From contig NW_027270946.1 in NCBI RefSeq assembly GCF_040938485.1, forward strand, positions 2,418,001 through 2,482,000: a DNA stretch of 64,000 nt, written 5' to 3'. Position 1 is the stretch's first letter. The number at the start of each line of letters is the position of its first letter. This document shows positions 25,296-36,211 of this stretch, piece by piece. Both the position numbers and the translations under genes were made by a program. The DNA is from Diadema antillarum. Its lineage: Eukaryota. The notes beneath the pieces were generated by a model. It ran no database searches and had not been told where the DNA came from. It worked only from the letters and a program-made list of their open reading frames with translations.

Positions 25296-28200
25296 ATGCC
25301 TAACTCAGGATTCCAGGGACAAATTAACCAGAGCTTCTACGGAACCCGTAAATCAGATCTCGTGCCCCTAGGAGACCAGTACGTAACCGGGAATCTGCCA
25401 AACCCAGCATTTTGGAGCAGGTTCATGCGGGAACCTTTCTCCGGTGCGTCGTCTGGATCATCGAGCATGGGTTCGACGCCGCGGGTGTTGACTACCACTG
25501 AAGTCCTCGCGCCAGTCAGACCGAGCAACATCCACTCTCAGCTTGGAAACCGGTCAGTTGCTACGATTTGTTGCATGCAAGCTGGTTATATGAGTCCCTC
25601 ATGTCGTGTTTTTTTTTTTTTTTTGTTGAGCTTCTAACATAGACTAGTAATCATTCATTATGATATATATTTAATGATCCACCCAAAACCAATGTGTCAA
25701 GACGCCACTACATAGTTATCTGTGTATGAATTTCTGGTTCTGTGCAACCGATAATTATACCAGCAGGTTACCAATAACGAATTGGTTTAGTTCGGTATGT
25801 TTAATGGTCCATGTAAGTACCATATTTACATACATGATATAAACATATCAATAATTGAGGGTACATGCAAATTGTTGAATACAAACTGAACAGAATTAAC
25901 ACATGTGAAATGTGAGGAATCTATATAGAAGCAATACTTCACTGCTTTTAGGACGCAGACTGTCATATAATGAAATCATTTTTTTAAATGTAAAATTTGC
26001 AGTTGTAACGAATGAGAAATTATGAAGGATTATGAGATGCATAAGCCGAATATGACAAAATCAAAGCCCATTACATTTAACTGAAAGAGCGGTGTGACAA
26101 CCCGGCTGACAGTGTTAATCTTGTAATATTGTAATATTGTATATCGTCTCTCCTCCCGATCGTATTCGTACTGACTGTATCCCCCACTCAGGCGGTCAAC
26201 CATACACATGCTTGCTCCTGATTCTTAGAGATACTCCCTTTGAGGATGGAAATTACGGGGGATTTTGGAAAGGAAACCATTAAAATCACCCTATATGATC
26301 TATCACAGATTTTTGGAAGGAAACTCGCTAGCAAAATTATCCTTTGAATGAAGGAACCGAGAATGACGAGGTAAAGAGTGTCCACAACAGCACTCCCTAA
26401 CAAGAATATCTTTAGGGACTTTGTGATCTCATGCTGAATATACAAGAGAAGATGTAGGCCCTACTTTCCTGCGAAAAGAAGGCCAGCCGGCATGCATTGT
26501 AACAAAATATACACAGTGCATGAAGCACAATAGGGGAATCGGGGCAAAAACCAAGAAGTCCCACTCCTCCTGTACATGCACGTATATTTCGGATTTTTTT
26601 CGAGGATTTGAAACTTACCCTATATCGGGACACTCTTTCAGGATTGTTGGGGAAAGATTTCAAAACTTTACCCCCAATAGAAATTTTTCGGGGAAAAAAA
26701 ACCCATATAGAACCCCCTATAATTCGACAATCTTTTCGGGATTTGTTCCTAAAATATATACCCCTTTTCCCGAAAAGTCAGGTACTCACTTGCAGAGAAG
26801 ACGACCACTTGGGGGGGGGGGGGGGGGTTGTAGGTTAGCGAGGAACCGAATGAACGTTGGTTTGTCGCTCCTTGTGCGTTATAGGGACGTGCCTACTGTC
26901 CGACCAACAGGACAATGCTGGATTGCCCACCCTCTATAGAAGTCCTTATATTTCATTTGTTCTTGTTTTTCTATACCATGACTATATCTACGGTAACTGA
27001 AGTGAACAGTTAATTAATTTTCATAGAATGCTGTAATAAATGACAATCCGTTGACACGCGAGCCAGACAGGTATAACGATCAAAATAATAATGGCGTATG
27101 CCAACCAGGTACCATGCATACATTTTGCAAGATGATGGTTTCCCCATGCTCAATACACGAGAAGTTTAGTGTTGTTTCTCTATGAGCATGGTAAACTAAG
27201 CATCCTGAACTCATTATGTTGAGTGCATGATACAGTATTAAAGGTCTACGATAGCGTGTTAGTAAATGAGTTTTCTCTTGATTTTTAACTGCGTAATATT
27301 AATAAATCGAACAAGAGCACATAAATTGGGGTTTATCATTGCATGAAACGCCGCTCTCTCTTCTGCGCAAGATATACTTGGGCGCAAATATTGCATCGTC
27401 TGTATGAATTTGTGACATCTGAATACAACGTTAGCATCAGCGAAACTGGGTCTATAGATATAGTATAGGGATGCCTGTTTGACAGCTATTAGCTAGTGAC
27501 AACCATCAAAGTATAGCCGAAACGGTTGATCGGGTATTCTACATTTAGGCCTTGAAAGAAGATGCAGTTGGGTGAGCGCAAACAACTCGCACGGAACATG
27601 GACGCTGGGAAAGGAATTGATCAATTGCATTGACACATGTTTCATGAAATCTATTATGCAAACTGGCATCGATCGCAGACCCTCAAGTGCGTTTTCAAAC
27701 AAATACTTTCATTGAGAAAGCTCTCCTCTGGCAAGAGTCAATATTGAGTTACTTGTACAAGGGCGACAAAGTAGATTGTTAGAGTGTTTTAACATTTTTT
27801 TTTTCATTGTACCAATCGTGTATTTCATTGCAACTATAAATACAACATTAAATCTATAAGTGACTGAATATCAGCGACACGAACTCCTTTTTTCTCTCGA
27901 ATATCAGGTAATTTTTCGTTCGAAATGTATCACTATCACTTTAATATCAAATAGCTAAATACGATTACGGGGTATATAATTCACCTAGAAATATATAAAT
28001 CTACTTCTGTCAAATTGCAATGATATTATAGATAGAGTTGACTTTTCATTTCAATACTTTTTTGATCGGGTTTAAAAAAGAAAATGCATTCAAGTCGTGT
28101 ACATCGGATGGGAGTACCGGCTTTAGGCTTTCAAGTAAAAATATCTTATATTCTTTTTTATGAAAAAAATTGAACTCCTTATATGACATGCAGGTCTGTT

Positions 28201-28585
28201 TGTGTATGAATGCATCACATGCTATGGTTGTGACCCCCCATTATGTAACATGCTTGCAGTCCTCACTTCTTCTACGTCTTCATTATTAACTTCTTATCGC
28301 AGATCTACGGATGGCACCCTCCCAAGGATCAAAACGTCACCGTCGGGTGTCGTCGGCATCGATGACCAGGCCTCAAGTGACTCCACCGAGGTGGGATCGC
28401 CTCCGTCCCGCGGCCACTCTCGGGACGCGCACATTCCTCTTGTTGCTCTGAACTCGCTCGCTCCTTTCGCAACCACAAGCAAGCCTACGTGCGGCTACTT
28501 CTTCTCCCGAAACACAGACAACAGGAAGAAAAGCATTGGCATTCCCGCCACCGACCTCGTAGCATACCGCTATTACGTCAAGTAA
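25296..28585 (+). CDS. Small uncharacterised protein, paralogue B (179 aa, two coding exons)
   Basis: Exon 25296-25552 (CG/GTCAGT, phase 2) joins exon 28303-28585 (TTCTTATCGCAG/A) in frame. The protein is MPNSGFQGQINQSFYGTRKSDLVPLGDQY...PFATTSKPTCGYFFSRNTDNRKKSIGIPATDLVAYRYYVK*. Confidence 0.8.
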
Positions 28586-29183
28586 AAGACTACACGTCAT
28601 CAAAATTTAATGCCTACACATTCAAGAAGAACTCTTTATACAACGAAACCATGTTCGTTATTGTGTAAATAATGTACCGGTATTTTTTTAATACCATTTC
28701 TCTTTCGTGAATTTCAAGTATTCTTTATATTTCTATTAAATCTCTATAAAAACTGATTCTTGCCTTCAAGGGATCTTCCTGTGCTATGATGTGTATGTAA
28801 ATCACTCATTCTCAATGCACTATGATATGGGACTGGTGAATTCCTTTACTCGTTTTTAAGTGTGTGATTACCTCACCTTGTGTGTCAAAATATTCTGTTT
28901 CATGGCACGTATAGATAGTGTTACCATAATGATGTCTTCGATTATCTTTACTACTGGAATTTATTTACATTGTTTGCCATGACTGAAAGTGGGATTCTGA
29001 GTTCAATACATTTCCCCATGATAGATTGTATTTCCTCACACTCGCGATTGAAAATAGGTGCAGAAGCTCAGCGCACGTCGTCATTATTATGATGGTCGTA
29101 CATAAATAGGTAAGATACACGATAACGGCTTGATGTGTACTTCACGAAATATATCCACGAACTATCTCTAGGCCTATTTAAAC

Positions 29184-29244
29184 CAGGGAGGTGGGAAGAG
29201 CGTTAGGGTTAGGGTTAGGGTTAGCAGCTCTTCCCATCTCCCTG
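29184..29244. mobile_element. 61-bp mini-TIR element with a telomeric-repeat core and 7-bp TSD
   Basis: 18-bp TIRs CAGGGAG[G/A]TGGGAAGAGC with one mismatch. Core GTTAGGGTTAGGGTTAGGGTTAGCA. TTTAAAC at 29177-29183 and 29245-29251. Confidence 0.85.
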
Positions 29245-30525
29245 TTTAAACTATCCCTGTGTTTATTAGAATAGAGTCTGGAACTTTTGAACAGCAACTT
29301 TATTATTTTTTTTTTCTTCGGAAGCTTAAGATGTCTGTTTGCAGTCTACTTAGTTTTCCTTATTTGGTTACGAGTCAGTATTCTTATTTTGGCTTACTGA
29401 ACACACTTTGAGGGACATAATCATATTGTGTATAAACACACGTTTGTTCTCACCCGGAACAATCTCCGGTTCTCAAACAATACGTATTGGAAGCGTGATT
29501 TTTTATAGGGATTTCCACCACTTATATAGTTGTTGATGCATTGAAAATTGTAAGAGTGTTGGATTATCTATACCTCTTCGGCATTGATCAATAACTTCCT
29601 GTCTGAATTTGTTTTGATAAGTAATTTTAATATGAAGTCATCGAAAATGATGAAAGGGCGCGAAAATTATCCCATCTTGTCTGTATGTGGGCCATCGGAC
29701 AAGTTGATATTAGTCCACCACCAATTCCTTACATGCAGGCAAGTGAGGTTTTGCTAGCTCGTGCAGGCGGGTACATAAAATGTGCAACTAAAATGTTCCT
29801 TTTACGTTTTCCATCATTTCGCTTTATGATATTTTGCAATCAACGTATATTGGATCTACCCCAGTATGTTATCAGACGTGCATGTGTCTATGATAATTAT
29901 CTATTTGAATGCAGAAAAAGCTGCTGAAAACTGCTTATTCAACTGTGGCGAGCCAATAGAATAAAATGGAGTCAAAAGGGGCATGAGCTTTAGATCCTAC
30001 AGCAAAATTGAGACAAAAAATGGCCATCGCGAAGATTCTGCTAGGATCGAAAGCTCAGGCCCAGTTGACTCCAAAATTATTTGTTTAGGCCTACATGCAT
30101 ACACCTGTATTATGATATGCATGTTGGGGTGACATGCTGCCGAAATTGTATCTCTTGAATTATATAGCCACACTCTCTATACCCCTTTGCCAACAATCTA
30201 TTCCTCTATGTCATTTTTATCAACTTGGCTTCCATCCCCTCTGATTTATTACGCTGTATCTGTTTATTGTTACACACGCGTCAAGATGGACAGCTGCTGT
30301 TTTTCCCTTCGTAGACCACTGTTTGTAATAATCACTGATATCCATATCCTCTCGTTCACCGACACTGCATGCAAACTCAACGAGTATATTACACGAAATT
30401 TGCCTTTAAATACATTTATGTATATATTTTTGCAATTAACGTTGATAGGATATATGCTGTATTTTCCAAGATGATAACGATTAATTACCTGATTTAAATT
30501 GCACATTTCGTAACGTTGGAAACTT

Positions 30526-30696
30526 CAGGGCTGCCAACATTGGAAACTAGTTGAGAGTGAGACTCCCAGAGGCCAATGCTATGAGTCAAAATGTTTGAGA
30601 TCAATAGAAATGCATGCAAATGAAATAAAGTTTTAGAGTGAGAAAGGACCAAAATGAGTGAGTCTCACTCTCAATGAGTGAGAGTTGGCAGCCCTG
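30526..30696. mobile_element. hAT-like MITE (CAGGGCTGCCAAC TIR)
   Basis: Perfect 13-bp TIRs, 6-bp direct repeat AAACTT on both sides, and an internal GAGAGTGAGACTC / GAGTCTCACTCTC inverted repeat. Confidence 0.8.
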
Positions 30697-31176
30697 AAAC
30701 TTTGCATGAACTGAGTATACGTGTAATATAGTTGTGTGAATTGATACTGTCTGTCGCAGGAGTATTCTGTATAGAAAGGTATGAATGTGTCATGATTTTA
30801 TGAAGAAGTTGAAAACAAAATGCGCTTGTAAGATGAATGCATTTCAAACAAAATCTATTATGTGTGCAAAATTGATAAGAATTGCAATATTCTTTGTTAT
30901 TCACTGATAGCCTTCAAAATATGTATTGTAACATTATGTAATCATATTTGCAATAAATGTTAAATGAAAGAGAGGAATACATTGTTTATAATCATTATTC
31001 GTGACATTCCTCTAGGCTATATGTACCTGTATATGTATAATGTACAGTACATGTAATTATGTATTTCTGGGGAGGTGAGTAGAAAATAGGAAATATACCA
31101 GGCGATCCTCCTTTGAACGACGCAGTTCAAGCGTCGCAGAACAACCAGTCAATCACGTAGCAACGAATCGAGCTCT

Positions 31177-31341
31177 ATTGGTTGCCTGGAGTCAAGCGTA
31201 GTGATTTGCATGTAGGCGGAGCGCGCGCCAAAATTTAGGGTTTACTGATTGGACGACGCCGAGCAGCAATGGCAATTTGCATAGCAGGTGCTTGTTCGCT
31301 GGATTCGCGGGCAAATTTGGATCGCATGCTCGCGATATAAA
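31177..31341 (+). promoter_or_regulatory. Histone H2B promoter: CCAAT boxes, two octamer motifs, TATA
   Basis: ATTGG at 31177 and 31248; ATTTGCAT at 31204-31211 and 31275-31282; TATAAA at 31336-31341. The octamer is the known H2B subtype-specific element. Confidence 0.8.
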
Positions 31342-31395
31342 TTCTGTCTGTTCGCCGTGCCAAAGTACAGATCAACTCTGATCACAACTCCAATC

Positions 31396-31767
31396 ATGCC
31401 TGCCAAAGCACAAGCTGCTGGAAAGAAGGGATCGAAGAAGGCCAAGGCCCCCAGGCCAAGCGGGGACAAGAAGAGGCGCAGGAGGCGAAAGGAAAGCTAC
31501 GGCATCTACATCTACAAGGTGCTGAAGCAGGTCCACCCCGACACTGGAATCTCCAGCCGTGCCATGTCCATCATGAACAGCTTCGTCAACGATGTCTTCG
31601 AGCGCATCGCTGCAGAGGCTTCCCGCCTTGCCCACTACAACAAGAAGTCGACCATCACTAGCCGTGAGGTCCAGACTGCTGTCCGTCTTCTCCTCCCCGG
31701 AGAGCTGGCCAAGCACGCCGTGTCTGAGGGCACCAAGGCCGTCACCAAGTACACCACCTCCAAGTAA
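31396..31767 (+). CDS. H2B: Histone H2B, sea-urchin late type, 123 aa, intronless
   Basis: [72 protein letters not shown]...AVTKYTTSK. The true ATG is at 31396; the upstream extension in the ORF track is not coding. Confidence 0.99.
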   Translation: MPAKAQAAGKKGSKKAKAPRPSGDKKRRRRRKESYGIYIYKVLKQVHPDTGISSRAMSIMNSFVNDVFERIAAEASRLAHYNKKSTITSREVQTAVRLLLPGELAKHAVSEGTKAVTKYTTSK

Positions 31768-31804
31768 ATCGACTACTTGTAGCCGGTTTCTTGGAAAACC
31801 CAAC

Positions 31805-31839
31805 GGCTCTTTTTAGAGCCACCAAAACTTCAAGAAAGA
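31805..31839 (+). terminator. Histone mRNA 3' stem-loop and U7-binding downstream element
   Basis: GGCTCT-TTTT-AGAGCC (31805-31820), then ACCA, then CAAGAAAGA (31831-31839), the conserved sea-urchin HDE. Confidence 0.97.
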
Positions 31840-33083
31840 ATTCGTGAAGATAAACTCAAATTCATAGCAAACCTCATAATATAGAGACTACAAAGTACAA
31901 AAATAAATTTTGCATAACTAACTGGACACTAGTAATAAGGCAAGTACGATCAGAACAATTTACTGGTTACGATAGTCATTCAGGATCAGTAGCCGGCAAG
32001 CTAACCGCAGCAGCGACCCCATACGGACAAATACGTACCGTAAAGGGGTCGCACAGCAAACCTATCCTGTCACGGAAGCACCTGATATGGCTAAGCATTT
32101 ACGTGACCAGAGACCAAAATAGAGAGTTTTATACCGAAATTAGTGGCCTTACTCTTAGATAAGATACTTACAATCACGGCAGGCGAAGTCGATTTACAAT
32201 ATGATCTGTTTTGAGAGCCCTGTGAAAGAGTTTATCCGAGGTTTTTATAGTCCTACCGCATTTCGTATTGTAGTATGACTTACACAGCGCATGCGCTAAT
32301 ATGGATAAAACGTAGCACATACTGTAATACGCAATGTATGCGTGTGGAAAAAAACCGGACGGCTCGCTGAGAACTGAAATGAATATTCATGAGACGTAAC
32401 AAATAGAATGCATGCTGGGCGATGATTTACTATCGGGCCTACCGGCACTTATTTCGTTTTTAAAGCGCATTTCGAATGTGTGGTTCATTATTTATTTGCA
32501 ATAAAGGAAGTGCACACATAATGAACACCTGGAGATGTGAAGGATTAAGAAAATGATAGGTGATTTTCATGATAGAGGGTATGTTTTGTTTTGTTTTTTA
32601 TTTTTTTCCCCAGTCTGCAGAGGAAATGCCCCAGATGTCTCATCTATGTAGATCAAGTTTCCTTTCACACTGTACATTATAGTTTTATTAAATGTTGTAC
32701 ATTCACAATGGGCTCCACTCACAAGCTCTGCTTCTTGGGGACTCATATTCATTTTTGCTTCATGTTCATTTTCTACTGTGATTTGAATTGAATACACTTC
32801 TGTTACATACATGTTTTGTTTATTTCCAATAGTTGAGAATTGTTTGATTATTAATATTGAGAGACCTTCCCCCCCCCCAAGACTTCTATCGCATGAGAGG
32901 AGATCCTTCCTGTCTTTCTTTTTCTGTCAGGCTTGTCACTTTCTGTTTGATTGTGTGTATGTGTGTGTGTGTGTCCGCGTGCGTGTGTGTTTCATAATTA
33001 TTGTGTGTAACAAGTTGGAAGAATTGGAAGCTAAATTTCTATGTACTGTGACATACAGATAAATAAAATTGACTCTTGAGTAT

Positions 33084-33132
33084 TTATTCATTTTCATTCA
33101 TTCATTCATTCATTCATTCATTCATTCATTCA
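33084..33132. repeat. (TTCA)n microsatellite
   Basis: Direct reading. Confidence 0.9.
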
Positions 33133-33789
33133 TAGCAATGGGACAAGAAGTGTCTTCTGAAAATTTTTGAAATTTCAAATGTCATAACTTCCTTATTTTT
33201 TATCCGATTTTTATCATTCTTGCACTGTTCTGCTGGATTTTTTTTTATCATTGTCGTGAAATTGATAAAATTTTAGATTGGCTTTCATCTTAAAGGCATA
33301 ATGGATTGGTTAATGAAAAACTAGAAATTAACCCTTTCAGATCCATCCACATGGTCATTGGGATTGTATTCCATTGCTCCCCATGGCTTTTTTTTTTTTT
33401 TAATGTTGTCTTGCTTGATCAATACCCTTTTAAGCCTTATACATACGTGTATGTACAATACTGCTGAAATGCATGCCGGTATTCCCCAACGCGTTTACAT
33501 CGTTCGTTTGCTTGCGATCGGCGGTGATGCCATCAGACAAGGAGTATGTATTCGTAGAGGCGCACGCATTTCTGTGGTCATTTCACTCATGCCTTTTTTT
33601 AACCCATGATCCGATCCCGGCTTTGCAGCAGCGTGGCAGATGACATGATAGAACGAGTTTACTTGTGCAGATTTTTAGAAAAATTGAAAAAATTACAGCA
33701 GTATAAAGATCTGATTGCGTTTGTTTTCATTTCATTCCTTCAGAATGGTCTCATAATGAAGATAGGCACAAAAGGGATAACGAAATTTG

Positions 33790-35660
33790 TCCTGTTGTTT
33801 ACCTTTCAAGAACGCATGCACAAAATGTGACGAGAAAAAAATTATTAAAAAAAATCATAAAATCATCGCAGTCCCGTTGAAATTTGCGGAAACATTATAG
33901 GCGCGAAAAGGATCTTGAATTCGGTCCTGCATGCCATGTTGGTTATCAAAAACGCATGCACAAATGCGAAGAAATTATCGGGAAAAAAAACTATGTACTT
34001 TCAATCCTTCTTGTGCGTGCATCACAACAGATTACAGCCGAAAGAATTCACGAAATCATCGCAATCCTGCTGATATCTGAGGTATAGAAATAGGCGCAAA
34101 AAATCGTGATATTCGAATAGTGCGAAGAGATTATTGGGGGAAAAATAAAAGACACATTTTCAACCCCTTCTGGTGGTGCATCATAAAGATTACAGCCGAA
34201 TATCAAATCATGGCAATCCCGTTGAAATTTGAGGAAACGATAGGCGCAAGAAGGATATCGAATTCGGCCCTGAATACTGTCTTTCAAAAAACGCATGAAT
34301 AATTCCGAAGAGATTTTCGGGAGAAAAATAAAGAATGTTTTTTCAACCCTTCTGGTGTGTGCATCACAAAAGATTAGAGCCGAAATAATTCATAAAATCA
34401 CCGCGATGCCGTTAAAGTTTGAGGAGACAATATAGGCGCAAAACGAATCATAAATTCGGCCGTGAATACCTTCTAATCCGAGAGGACGCGCATTTACGAA
34501 ATGTGGGAGAGAATATCGGTAAAAAGTATAAAAGGACACATTTTCAACCCCTTTTGGTGTGTGCAAAGTAAAAGATTACAGCCGTAGGAATTCATGAAAT
34601 CGTCACAATCCCGCTGATATTAAATTGATAGGCGCAAACAGGATCATGAATTCGGCCGTGTTATGATCTTTCAAGAACGCATTTACGAAATTCGAAGATT
34701 TTATCGGGGAAAAATAAAGAACACATTTTCAACCCCTCTTGGCACGTGAATCATTAAGATTATAGCCGAATAATAATCCATGAAATCATGGCAATCCCGT
34801 TGAAATTTGAGGAAACAATAGGCGCAAAAAGGATCGTGAATTTGGCCCTGCATGCTGTGTATCTTTCAAAAACGCATACCGCATGCACAAATTCGGGAGA
34901 AAAATAAGACACATTTTAAACCTCTTTTGGTGCGTGCATTATAAAAATTACAGCCGAAATGATTCATGAAATCATCACAATCCCGTTGAAGTTTGAGGAG
35001 AACAAAAGGTGCAAAAAGAATCATGAATTCGGCCGTATCATTTCTTCTAATCCGAGAGGACGCATTTACGAAATGCGAAAAGATTACCGGAGCAAAATAA
35101 AGGGTGCATTGTCAACAATTCTGGTGTGTTCATCACAACAGATTACATCCGAACAGTGATCCGAAGTAAAGTTCATGAAATCGTCACAATCCCGCTGATA
35201 TTTGAGTTAGAAATAAGCGCAAAAAGAATCGTGAATTTGACCCTGATGCCGTATGCTGCCGTATATACCTTTCAAGAGCGCATGCACAAATGCGAAAAGA
35301 TTATCGGGAGAAAAATAAAGAACCCCTTCTGGCACGTGCATCAGAAAATACTATACAGCAAAAATAATTCATATAATCATTACAATCCAGCTGAGCACCA
35401 AAAATGTGAAAAGCGCAGAACTTAAGTAACGCGTGTTACTCTACGTGCGCCGATGTTGACAAAAAGTCACAAACGCATTTGATACAATCTGATTTTGTTC
35501 ATAATCATTTAACACTTTGATTCACAAACATTCAATTCTTTTAAAATGGTTCTATACACGAAGAAGAGATAGGAGTACAAAGCATTACAAATTCGACCCT
35601 GCAGTGTACTTTCAAGAACGCCAAGATACGGGAAGAAATTTTCGGAGGAAAGTTAAAAAC
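33790..35660. repeat. Diverged tandem satellite, ~150-210 bp monomer, 8 full units plus partial units
   Basis: The anchor GAAATCATCGCAATCCCGTTGAAATTTG recurs at about 33859, 34052, 34204, 34394, 34596, 34781, 34967 and 35177. Confidence 0.9.
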
Positions 35661-35906
35661 CGCATTTCAGTCCCTTCTTTTTTTCTTTTTTTTTTACTTC
35701 CTTTTCGTATCAACAAATCAATTCACAAATGATTCCTTTTTGTTCCTTCTCAAGAAAATGATCCGTAAACAAGGCACTTGAGTTTACAAAATGTTTATTT
35801 GCAAAATGTATTTTTTTTTTTTTTGGGGGGGGGAGGTAATATTATTGTCGACAAAAACATGAAAATAAATTTGCAAGCCAGTTAATGCTTTTTCAGGTTG
35901 TTGTTG

Positions 35907-36027
35907 ACCAGTAAATTTTCTGTTCCGACCAGTACAAAAATGGGGAGGAAAAATGGATATTTACTGATCCGACAGAGACAGGTTGGACCGGCAGAAAAAA
36001 AAAAAAATGGGTGAGTGTGCAGCCCTG
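35907..36027. mobile_element. One-ended fragment of a hAT-like MITE (CAGGGCTGCAC terminus)
   Basis: Aligns by eye with the right end of the element at about 53530-53640 (ACCAGTAAATTTT...GGGT[G/T]AG[T/C]GTGCAGCCCTG). Confidence 0.65.
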
Positions 36028-36211
36028 CTTTATCCAACTTCCAAGATTTGGTGATGAAACCAAAGCAAGCACTCTTGCCAAACTCAGTTGGCAACATTAG
36101 GAAGGTGTCATTCTGTTTCACTGCGTTCTTGATAATTTCTATTTGCTCCACTTTGAACTTAATTCTTTTTGCATCCTCCTCTACTTCACTTAGAGCATCT
36201 TTGAACTCCAT
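36028..36211 (-). pseudogene. Truncated RecQ-family helicase N-terminus (Q-motif region and degenerate Walker A)
   Basis: MEFKDALSEVEEDAKRIKFKVEQIEIIKNAVKQNDTFLMLPTEFGKSACF matches the RecQ pattern EQ..I......D.F..LPTGxGKS.CF, with G changed to E. It is cut off by the MITE end at 36027. Confidence 0.65.

Noticed and set aside
29201-29224. True telomere or chromosome-fusion site
   Set aside because: Only about 3.7 repeats, one orientation, enclosed by TIRs and a TSD.
31288-31395. N-terminal extension of H2B in the ORF track
   Set aside because: It starts at a non-ATG codon upstream of the TATA box; the canonical start is 31396.
31372-31803. 143-aa minus-strand ORF and 74-aa alternative-frame ORF over H2B
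   Set aside because: Shadow ORFs caused by the GC3-rich codon bias of the histone gene.
33790-35660. Repeat array as CRISPR-like or coding repeat
   Set aside because: Long diverged monomers without unique spacers, no cas genes, eukaryotic context, and frames interrupted by stops.
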